Positions 33,608-44,988 of a stretch of DNA of 64,000 nt are shown here, one piece after another. Within the stretch, counting starts at the first letter, position 1, and each line of letters opens with the position of its first letter. Origin of the DNA: Octopus vulgaris (taxonomy: Eukaryota); contig OX597823.1 of assembly GCA_951406725.2 (NCBI GenBank), positions 94,736,001-94,800,000 on the forward strand, read 5' to 3'. A program made the translations under genes and the position numbers. Under the pieces are notes generated by a model. The model was not told the DNA's origin, ran no database searches, and was given only the letters and a program-made list of their open reading frames with translations.

Positions 33608-35172
33608 AGTACTGTTGCTGAATATCTCTCATTGTGAGATTTAAAAATAGTAATATTCCAAGATTGCAGTTGTTCAAGATAACAAGTTGTTAGAATTTTT
33701 TTCTTTATGAATGGATGCCACTTTGGTTTTTATTGAAGGAATCTTTTGCGACTCTGTGCCTCCAGAGATGAACTTTTAAACAAACAGTACTTCATGTTTC
33801 CACAGAATTGGGTAAGTCAGACATTCTTTAGGACAAAGGATAGATACATTGATTATCTCCAGCTTTTCAAGGCCAGTGGTCATTCTGTTTCTGAAGGAGA
33901 TTTGCCACATTAACTCTTCTCAGTTTCCCACCAGCTGGACATCTACAAGAAACCACACAACTGACTCTTACCATTGACCCAAAGACAAATGGTTTGGTGT
34001 AAAGTTGTCTCATCAGCTGCCAAACTTCAACATCATCGATTACTCTTCATCTAGGTTCCTGTCATCCTATTCAGTTAGTTTCACATAAGTCAGAAACTGT
34101 CACATCCTCTACTGGTATAACAGAGGTGTTCAGACACTGCACAGTCCTTAAAATGGTCACCTTTCACAGTCGGGACTTGAGTGCCGCTATATACAGAAGT
34201 GGTGGGCACAGACAGGCTTAATGAACAGAAAACTGATGTTGAAAGCTGGTTAGATGATTGAAGTAAGTAGTGAAGGTCTCTCAAAGTGGTTCAGTGAAAT
34301 AATGTTGAGAAACCTTGCATAGGCACAGGAGTGGCTGTGTGGTAAGAAGCTTGCTTACCAACCGCATGGTTCTGGGTTCAGTCCCACTGCATGCCACCTT
34401 GGGCAAGTGTCTTCTGCTATACCCTCTAGCCAACCAAAACTTTGTGAGTGGATTTGGTAGACGGAAACTGAAAGTAGTCCATCGTGTATATATATATATA
34501 TGTGTGTGTGTCTTTCCCCCTCACACACAATCATTTGACAACCGATGCTGCTGTGTTTACATCCTTGTAACTTAGCAGTTTGGCCGAAGAGACTGATTGA
34601 ATAAGTACTAGGATAACAAAGAATAAGTCCTAGGGTCAATTTGTTCAACTAAAGGCAGTGCTCCAGCATGGCCACAATCAAATGCCTGAAACAAATAAAA
34701 GACTATCTGTTCAACTGAGAATCATATTGTCACCAGGGCTTCGATTATTCAAAACTTGGTGTTTAGGAATTTTCTTTTACATCAAGTTCAAAATTTTACA
34801 CCAGCTGTTAAACTGTCAATACGTTGCTGTCCGTCGTTAAGAAATGCCAGCCATGGTGACTCTACTATCCTCAGATTCTATCCCTTCAAACTTTGGTTTC
34901 CAATATTATATTATTTTTATTCAGCTCACAAGTTCGTCTGTCCCTTTTAAGTGTTAGTGTTTTGCTGTCTGCCTTGAAGCAGACCTTTCCGTTGTCACTG
35001 CCTGATATTTATGATTGATCTTTCAAAATATTTTATTTCTCAACTTACTCAAGATCTTTTGTTGTTTATAAATGGGAGAGAGCTAGATAAAGATAGAGAG
35101 TAAGAGAAAGCGAGGGAGAGTCCAAGAGAAAAAAAAGAGTGGGAAAGTGAGAGAGAAACAAAGAGGGAGAAT

Positions 35173-35487
35173 CATCATTATCATCATCATCGTTTAACAT
35201 CCATTTTCCGTGCTAGCACGGGTTGGACAGTTTGACCGGGGTCTGGGAAGCCAGGAGGCTGTACCAGGCTCCAGTCTGATCTGGCAGTGTTTCTACAGCT
35301 GGATGCTCTTCCTAACGCCAACCACTCTGTGAGTGTAGTGGGTCCTTTTTTCGTGCTGCTGGCACAGCTGCCAGAGGGGCTAGCAGCGGCCACGATCGGT
35401 TGGTGCTTTTTACGTGCCACCGGCACAGAAGCCAGTCAGGGCGGCGCTGCCATCAGCCACGTTCGGATGGTGCTTTTTTTACGTGCT
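35173..35487 (-). mobile_element. RTE 3'-end copy
   Basis: Family motifs. Confidence 0.85.
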
Positions 35488-35721
35488 GAAAGGAAGCAAC
35501 AGAAAGTAACAACCACACTCTTACCTGCGCGTAGAGCGGGTCACATTAAGCTAGTATATATATATATATATTTATACCATAACTCTAACAGTTGAAAGTG
35601 TGTCCATGTACCTGTAAAATAAACCACTGTTATATCTACTTCTAACAGCTCAATGTCGATATGTGTGTGTAAGAGATGTCATTGTTGTAGCCTCTTGCTA
35701 GATTAGAACTCTCCATTGTCC

Positions 35722-35925
35722 TGTTCTATATTTAAGAGATGAGGAATTATGTACATTATTTACATTTGACGGATATTTGTCCTTATATTGTTCGTTGTTA
35801 ACACAATGCTTCGGCTGATATACCTTCCAGCCTTCATCAGGTGTCTTGGGGAAATTTTGAACCTGGGTTCTCATTCCTAAGGTATTTTTCGATATTATTA
35901 TTATTATTATTATTCAGGTCACTGC
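35722..35925 (-). mobile_element. Single-arm copy of the 31552-31963 family, hammerhead core mutated (GAAGCAUU)
   Basis: Colinear with 31552-31685. Confidence 0.75.
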
Positions 35926-37804
35926 AGTTGGTAATTTAAATGGTAAACCATGGTTTAATATATTCAGATAAGAAAGGGAGCAGTGAGATAAATACAAATT
36001 CACCTCAAAAATAACAAACTAAAACAGATGTAAATGTTAATTAAACTATGACCATTTAATATCAATGATTAACTTCTAATTGTTAATTGTTGTTCCATTT
36101 CTTTTCTTATCTGTGTGTGTGTGTGTATACACACACACACACATGCAATGGGCTTCTTACGATATATAGTTTGTGGATAGGGTTAAAATCCAAGCTGTGT
36201 CCTCTTAAAGTACATCTTCATTTTCAAGTACTCCAAAATTGTATGAGGTATGCATAAGAGTTGAAAAATTCTAAAAAAATAGTTTTTGCAGATTAATTAT
36301 AAATTAAACTGAAGATTAAAAAAATACTTTGGCATTATTTAAATTCTTTGAGGAATTTCTAATAAGAACTGTCTTACATATTTTTCTGCATGTACACCTT
36401 TATATCTCCTGTTGGGGAACAAATAATGCCAAAACATTTCCTGTTTTGATATATGTGTGTGTGTGTAGACATCTTTTGATGGTTATAAATGAGCATCATC
36501 GTCACATTAGCAAAGTTATGTGTTTCCAGTATTCCACCAAAACGGTGGCAAGCTGGCAGAATTGTTAGAATGCCGGGCAAAATGCTTTGTGGTATTTCAT
36601 CTGCCGTTATGTTCTGAGTTCAAATTCTGTCGAGGTCGACTTTGCCTTTCATCCTTTCGGGGTTGATTAAATAAGTACAGTTACGCACTGGGGTTGATGT
36701 AATCGACTTAATCTCTTTGTCTGTCCTTGTTTGTCCCATCTATGTTTAGGCCCTTGTGGGCAATAAAGAAATAGATATTCTGTAAAAAACATATCTGGCC
36801 ATGGGAAAACATGACCTTGCTTGGAAACATGTAAGGGTTGGCAACTGAAAGGACATCCCGCCGCAGAAAATCTGCTTCTACAAATTCTGTCTAACTGATT
36901 GCAAACATGCAAAAATTAATGTTAAGAAGATGCAAAAATATACTAATGATTTCTTATTTAGGCACCAAACCAGCAATTCTGAGGGTTGGGGGCAGTTGAT
37001 TACAATAAGCCCAGTTCTTGACTGGTATTTATCATGTACTCTTTTTGATGGGACCAGCAGAAGTGAGATTGCAGTGTAGTCTGCTTGACTAACGTCCCTT
37101 TCAACTAAGGGATTACAGTAGAGAGGGAAGTAACTTTATGTGCAGTGTTGAGAAGTGAAATGATCAGAGCAGGGGCAAGGTTTGTAGTGTGGCTCGGAGA
37201 TATCCTTACTGTTTGAGTGACAAGACAGCGATAAAAAATGGCTGATGTCGCTAGAACATGGTTGAGTTGCTTTGTGGTCAGAGGTTAGTCCTTAGGACTA
37301 GAACCTAAGACAAATAATAGTCTGTTGATCTAGCCTTTTTAAAGGGTTTAGGTGGCTCAAAACAAGGCATCAGAAAAACAGTGTCACGGGACCTTATTGA
37401 AAGGTTGTGATTGGTTGGTTTACACATTGGCGCGAAATAAGTCAAGAGACAAACTGTGCCAATGCCAACCAATCAGAGCAGTGGACACAACAGGGTCCAA
37501 ATGGCCAAAGATGGTTGCTATCTAACACAAGATCATTTCTAATATATCTCTCAAACGGTGAGGATATCACCGAGCCATGCTACAGGTTTCTTGCTTGAGG
37601 GCTACATGGCTACATTATACAAGAGTGGATGGAAAGAATGAGAGCAGAGATGGGAAGAGAGATAAAGATAGTGGTGATAAGGTGTCAGGGTGGCCCCTCA
37701 AGGTACAATAAAGTGAATAGAAGAGAGAATGGGGACAGAAGATTGGGAGAGGTGACGTGTGTGTGTGTGTGTGTATACATGTATATAGATGACAGGCACG
37801 AGTA

Positions 37805-38310
37805 CCATATGAGCGTGATCATTGACAGAGCAGCTAACCGGATTCCGTGCCAGCGGCACATAAAAGGCACCATTCGAGTGTGATCGTTACCAGCATCGCC
37901 TTACTGGCACTTGTGCCCCGTGCTAGTAGGGTGCTAAGAGCACCATCTGAGTGTGATCGCTGCCAGAGCAGCTAACTGGCTTCCGTGCCGATGGCATGTA
38001 GGAAGCACCATTCAAGCGGGATCGTCACCAGCATCGCCTTACTGGCACCTGTGCCATTGGCATGTGTAAAAGGATTCGAGTGAGGTCGTTGCCAGTACCG
38101 CCTGACTGGCCCTCGTGCTGGTGGCATGTAAAAGAACCCACTACACTCTCAGAGTGGTTGGTGTTAGGAAGGGCATCAAGCTGTAGAAACTCTGCCAGAT
38201 CAAGATTGGAGCCTGGTGCAGCCATCTGGTTCACCAGCCCTCAGTCAAACAGTCCAATCCATGCTAGCATGGAAAGCGGACGTTTAAACGACGATAATGA
38301 TAATGATGAT
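37805..38310 (+). mobile_element. RTE 3'-end copy (subfamily also at 15725-16126)
   Basis: CACCATTCGAGTGTGATCG subrepeats and GAT tail. Confidence 0.85.
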
Positions 38311-38359
38311 ATGTATATCTATCTATCTATATATATGTATATATATATATATATATACA

Positions 38360-38506
38360 CATTTTATTCCCTACAGTCTTCTATAGTATGATATAAAGAT
38401 GAAAGCTTAATAACCGCATTCATTCAATCTAAATATAGGCAAGATTAAACGCTAACTTTAAAATTAAACTACAACAAACACATAAATCTATGTACAACTA
38501 TATCAG

Positions 38507-38537
<31 letters not shown>

Positions 38538-38611
38538 GAAGGTTTGAAAATGCAATTTTAAAAGATGTTTAAGTAAATAAACATCTTTTAAAATTGCATT
38601 TTCAAACCTTC

Positions 38612-38653
<42 letters not shown>

Positions 38654-38737
38654 TGATATAGTTGTACATAGATTTATGTGTTTGTTGTAGTTTAATTTTA
38701 AAGTTAGTGTTCAATTCTGCCTATATTTAGATTGAAT
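38360..38737. repeat. Large fold-back element; the right arm continues at 41332-41382 beyond the RTE insertion
   Basis: 38422-38571 is the reverse complement of 38578-38737; 38360-38410 is the reverse complement of 41332-41382. Confidence 0.88.
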
Positions 38738-41331
38738 CATCATCATCATCATCGTTTAACGTCCGTTTTCCATGCTAGCACGGGTTGGACGGTTCAACTG
38801 GGGTCTGGGAAGCCAGGGGCTGCACCCGGCTCCAGTATGATCTGGCAGAGTTTCTACAGCTTGATGCCCTTCCTAACGCCAACCACTCCGAGAGTGTAGT
38901 GGGTGCTTTTTACGTGCCACCTGCACAGGTGCCAGGGGGTCCGGCATCGGCCACGATCGGTTGGTGCTTTTAATGTGCCACCGGCACGGAAGCCAGCCAA
39001 GGCGGTGCTGTCATCAGCCACGTTTGGATGGTGCTTTTTATGTGCCACCAGCACTGGAGCCAGTCGAGGCAGTGCTGGCATCGGCCACGTTCGGATGGTG
39101 CTTTTTATGTGCCACCGGCACAGAAGCTAGTCGAGGCGGCGCTGGCAACAGCCACGTTTGGATGGTGCTTTTATGTGCCACCGGCACAGGTATCACAACT
39201 ACTATTTCCATTGATATTTATTTCGATGTTCATGTACTTGACTCAACAGGTCTCCTCAAGAACAGCGAGATGTTCTGGAATCCAAGGTATTTTGAATGGG
39301 CAGGGGCTATGCGGAACTGGTGCAGGAAGCAGCCCAAGTCTTTGCTGTCACAGCATATCTCCAGAGATCTCAGTCCTTCGCCATTGCCTCAGTGAGGCCC
39401 AACACTCTGAGTTCATGCTTGACTACCTCATCCCATGTCTTCCTGGGTCTACCTCTCCCCCTGATACCTTCAACTATTTGGGAGTGACACTTCTTCACAC
39501 ATCTCTCCTCATCCATCCGCAGTACATGACCATACCATCGCAAGTATCGCTCTTGCACACCACATCTGATGCTTCTTATGTCCAGCATTTCTCTCAGGGT
39601 GCTTACCCTCTGTCGTGCGCGCACACTGACATTACACATCCAGCAGATCATGCTAGCTTCATTCTTTTCAAGTCTACGCATGTCCTCTGCAGTCACCGCC
39701 CATGTTTCACTACCGTGAAGCATGGCAGTTTGCACACATGTGTCATACAATCTACCTTTCACTTTGAGCGAGAGACCCTTTGTCGCCAGTAGGGGTAGGA
39801 GCTTTCTGAACTTTGCCCAGGCTATTCGTATTCTAGTGGTAATACTCTCTGAGCATCCACCTCCACTACTACAGGTAGCGGAAACTATCAACTACTTCTA
39901 GTTTCTCCCCCTGGAGTGTGATGGAATCTGTTTTCTGAGTATCTGTGGTGTCTATTGTCCCTGTGCATCTGCCACACATGAAAGCTATCTTATCAGTTAA
40001 TTTCCCTTTGATGTTGCTGCACCTCTTATGCGTCTATAGCTTACACTGGGTGCATCTTATGGAGTTTCTACCTACACCTTTCCTACAGATCGAGCAGGGC
40101 CACCTGCCCTAGGGGGTGTGTGCTGAGTTCGCCTTTCTGCTTACTATAACTTTGGTCTTTGCTACATTTACTCTAAGGCCCTTTGATTCTAACCCTTGCT
40201 TCCACACCCAAAATTTCTTTTCTAGTTTCGGTAGTGATTCTGCTATGAGAGCCAGGTCATCAGCATAGAGGAGCTCCCAGGGGCATCCTGTTTTGAATTC
40301 TTCTGTTATTGCCTGGAGGACTATGATGAATAAAAGGGGACTGAGGGCTGAGCCTTGGTGTACACCTACTTCTACCCGGAATTCTTCACTATATTCGTTG
40401 CCAATCCTAACCTTGCTGACAGCCTCTCTGTATAGGGCCTGTACAGCCCTTATTAGCCATTCGTCAATCTCCAGTTTCCGCATCGACCACCAGATAAGGG
40501 GTCGGGGGACCCTGTCAAAGGCTATCTCCAAGTCCACAAAACCTATGTAGAGGGGTTTATCTTTAACTAGGTACTTCTCCTGCAGTTGTCGGACCAGGAA
40601 TATAGCATCAGTGGTGCTTCTACCCGGCACAAAACCGAACTGCATCTCATCTAAGCAAATTCTGTCCCTAATGAGATGGGTTATGATCCTCTCTGTGACC
40701 TTCATCACCTGATCCAACAGTTTAATACCCCTGTAGTTATTTCTATCTAGAGCATCACTCTTACCCTTGTAGCAGTTGACTATGGTGCTGCTACGCCAGT
40801 CATTGTGTATGACTCCATTATGAACTACCTGGTTTACAATGCGGGTGACTAGGCCATAGCCCACATAGCCAGCTGTTTTAAGCATCTCAGCAGTGATTCC
40901 TGATGGGCCGGGGGCTTTACCTGGTTTCATATCCTTAATTGCCTTAACTACAAGGGAGCTGTCCATTTGGATAGCTGGTCCCTCTACTGGGTCAACATTT
41001 GGCAGGCTCTCCTCCTCCCATTCATTCTCCACATTCAGCAGTCTTTCATAATGGCTTCTCCAAGCCTCTTTCTTTTCACCAACATTAAAAGCAAGTGCCC
41101 CATCATCCATGCGGACACATTTCTCTCCTGTAACATCACTATTTTCTCTCACACACTGTCTGGCAATCCGAAATACCTCAGCTCTTTGGTCCTCACGTCG
41201 CTGGACATTGGCAAACTTCTTCTTTTCTGCTACATCTTTGGCTATGTATACCTGCCGCCCAGCCTCCCTTTTGGCTACCTGGTACAGTTCCCTGCTACCC
41301 CCATCCCTCCAGGCTTTACAGGCCTGTTTCT
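38738..41331 (-). mobile_element. 5'-truncated RTE-clade LINE with a disrupted reverse transcriptase ORF, 3' UTR subrepeats and (GAT)n tail
   Basis: ORF 40109-41152 has KAPGPSGI, NYRGIKLL, QFGFVPGRSTTDAIF, GVHQGSALSPLLF and LLYADDL; ORF 39370-39891 has HGSETW, LRWYGHVLRM and RGRGRPRKTW; in-frame stops and a frameshift lie between them. Confidence 0.95.
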
Positions 41332-41899
41332 TTAAGCTTTCATCTTTATATCATACTATAGAAGACTGTAGGGAATAAAATGCATGACTTAAAGGTTTGG
41401 TCGCTGTTTAGGAGTTGGTTATAGATTTATTTATTGAATTTCAGCACTGCTGTTGACACCGCCAGATTGAATGGTCCTGCCCAGGTGTCAAAACCATAAT
41501 GATATCCATGGGGCAGCTGATGATGGAGGTATATTGGATTGTTAATATGGCTGCTTTTGTATATATAGAATAGTATTATAACACATCCATTTGATATATG
41601 TGTACAGGTATTTATTGATATACATCTAGATGTGTCTGCGAATATATATATATGTACATGTCCTAGTGCCATGTAAAAAGCACTTGTGCCAGTATCACAT
41701 CTCGGCACCTGTGCTGGTGCCACCTAAGAAGCTCACTCTGTAAAGTGGTTGGCATTAAGACAGGCATCCAGCCGTAGAAACCAGGCCAAAACAGACAATT
41801 GGAGCCTAGGCAGCTCCTTTGGCTTCCCAGCTCTGGGCAGACAGTCCAACCCATACCAGCACGGAAAATTGACGTTAAATGATGATGATGATATACACT

Positions 41900-41931
<32 letters not shown>

Positions 41932-42239
41932 CGTATGTATGTCTGTATGCATATGTATGTGTGCTTATATACACATACGCATATATACACATGTATCTGT
42001 ATGTATATGCGTGTGTATGTGTGTGTGTCAGTCTATTTATATTTCACATTTAGTGTATGGTTAATATTCAGGCATAAAATAAACACATCATATATATATA
42101 CGTATATATATTTTCGTATATACAGTTGTTATCCTCCTCCCTCTCCTTCCACATTTACCTGTATGTGTGTGTGTGTGTGCGTGTGTGTGTGTATCTATAC
42201 ATCTGTCTACATCTAGGTGTATGTGCGCGTTTGTGTGTG

Positions 42240-43099
42240 TGTGTGTAAACACGTACGAATGTATGTGAATACGAATGTGTTGTAAGCGTATTAAGACCGT
42301 TCAGTTGCGTGAGTGAGTGTATAATCCCAACGAGCTGCGTGTGTGTAGTAAGCTTGTGAAATCGTGTATATGTATGCGTAGTATGTGTGTGTGTGTGTGT
42401 GAGTCTGTGTGTGCGCGCGTGCGTGTTTATGTATGTGTGTGTGTGTGCGCGCGTGCGTGTGCGTATGTTTTGGTGTATTTAAAGATGGCTGATCTCTTGC
42501 CGTGTTGTCGTTACGGTGGTCGCTGGTGAGGGACAAACACGGGCGCAGCACAGACAACAACAACAGCAATAAGCGCCGAGGTGCACCCCACGACGCAAGC
42601 AAACTTTTTGTTTGTTGTGTGTGGACGGGTGTGGGTGAAATTCCTTGAGAAGAAACCGAAAGTCTGTGGCAAGCCTGGCAGGTGACTCTTTCAGAGCCGC
42701 CACCACCTTCTCTGAGGTGGTGGCGCCGTTGAAGGACTTCACCAACCCTTAATTCGTCTCATAATCCCCATCTCTCTCCACATATATATATATATATATC
42801 TTATATATATACAGTCAAAGGAAAATACCAGCGGATGAGGAGCGGTGGTGGCGTCGGCGGCGGCGGCATGTTTCTTCCTCTTCAACACCGACCTCTGGGT
42901 TCATGGCATCAAGTGAAACTTTATAACGCCTGCAAAGGTTTTTAAATTATGTCTACTCATTTATTTATTCATCTACGTATTTATCTATGTATGTATAATG
43001 TATAATACTGACACACACAAACATATATTTATATACGCACAAACAGCCACAAAAATATAACAGACAGACACATATGTATACATTCTGTGTGTATGTATG

Positions 43100-43133
<34 letters not shown>

Positions 43134-44130
43134 TATGTTTGTATGTTGTGTGTGTAATGTGTCGGTTCTGACTATTTGGTGTTTATGTTTACATTCACAT
43201 CATATCATCATAATTTCTCTCTCTTGTCTTCGAGTTGTTGTTGGCAGTTTGTGGTTCAAATATTATTGCATTCACCTTATTCTTGCTGAATCTATGTTAT
43301 ACGTCCCTGTCTGTCTGTCTGTCTCTCTATAAACATATAATATGTTGTGTGTATTTACGTTTATACTTAGCCACCATCATCCAAAGAGTTCTGCTCGTTA
43401 TTTTTGGTGAGTGGGTTGGACGACGTGGCCTATTGCAACCTTGTTATTATTGCCTGTTGTTCAACGTATCACTTGACAATTCCGGCTCCTCATACATACA
43501 TATAGATATGGATATATATATATATATATATGCATAGATATATATAGATAGTGGTATAAATGTTTGTATGGATTTACGTGTTTCTCGTTCCAATTCCTCG
43601 CGATTTAACATTCACCATTTTCTGTTCCATTTCTGGGACACCAGAAAAGTCAGTACCATTTAATATACTGTGGTGATATAATATAGTTTTCACTTTGTCC
43701 CTTGTGTTGTTAATCTCGTCGTTATTTTGGAACACACGCACATACAATACACAAACATACACACATATATAATATTTGTGCGTGTGTTACATAGACGCAG
43801 ACATAGTCGAGTGGTTAAGAAGTTCACTTGGAGGTTACGGGATCCCAGGTTCTCATTCTGAGAATTGTCTTACACGACTATACATAGCCTTCGGCCAACG
43901 CAAGTCTTATCAAGGAAATTACACAGACGGATACTCCTCCGTGGACGTCCGTCGTCAGATGTAGCGTAGCTTTAAAGGTACACCGTCACATTCTGTCTTG
44001 CTGATAAACCCCGGGAATTATATTAAGGGTATCATAGGAGTATATTCGGTTAGCTACCCGTTAATTTTATGAGTAGTTCTACTAATCGAATAGCTAACCA
44101 AGGGAGAATTCGTGTGTGTGTGTGTGTGTG
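42240..44130. promoter_or_regulatory. CpG-rich block, candidate promoter or first exon
   Basis: Visibly more CpG than the flanks; AAGATGGC (YY1-like) at about 42482, a (GGC)n run at about 42857 and a possible donor TG|GTGAGG at about 42526. Confidence 0.35.
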
Positions 44131-44156
44131 TAACGTATATAATGTGTGTGTGTATG

Positions 44157-44202
<46 letters not shown>

Positions 44203-44946
44203 TATGTGGTAAGATAAGAGGGTGACGTCGTTAGTAAGAGAGGTTGGGAAAGATAAAGGAGGAAGATGAAACAAGATAAAATGTAATAAATGGTAGGAGA
44301 GAGGGGTTTATGAGGAGATTGGATTTTCTGTGATAGGTTTATGGCTATAAAAGTTTTCAAACTTCATGGATATCAAAGTTTAAGTACGTATAAAAAATTT
44401 AGGCGCAGGAGTGGTTGTGTGGTAAGTAGCTTGCTTATCAACGACATGGTTCCGGGTTCAGTCCAACTGCGTAGCACCTTGAGCAAGTGATCATGATTCT
44501 CCTATAGCCTCGGGCCGACCAAAGCCTTGTGAATGGATTTGGTAGATGGAAACTGAAAGAAGCCTGTATGTCTGTTTGTCCCCATGTTGGTGTGTTTACA
44601 TCCCCGTTCGGCAAAAAAAAGACCAATAGAATAAATACTAGGGATCGATTTGTTCGACTAAAGGCGGTGCTCCACAGTAAAATGAAAGAAAAGTAGACCT
44701 AACATAAGATAGGTAGATAAATAGACAGATAGTTCAATAGGTAGAAAGATGTAGTTTGCCCTATATGTGACCAGGAGTGAACTCACGCACACACAGTGGC
44801 TTCAATTCCACCACTTCAAGGCACCTTGCAAGGATATTTTCCATAGCCACAACCCAATCATTATGAGTGAAATTGGTTAAACAGAAACCATCATGTGGGA
44901 TGTGCTCTCTTACCCCACCTCTCTCTCATACAAAGCTTTGTGTATT

Positions 44947-44988
<42 letters not shown>

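Noticed and set aside
33700-34300. Possible decayed LTR retrotransposon pol fragment
   Set aside because: Only a vague resemblance, with no diagnostic motif readable by eye.
43790-43870. tRNA-like sequence
   Set aside because: It looks like a decayed SINE head with no intact B box or acceptor stem.
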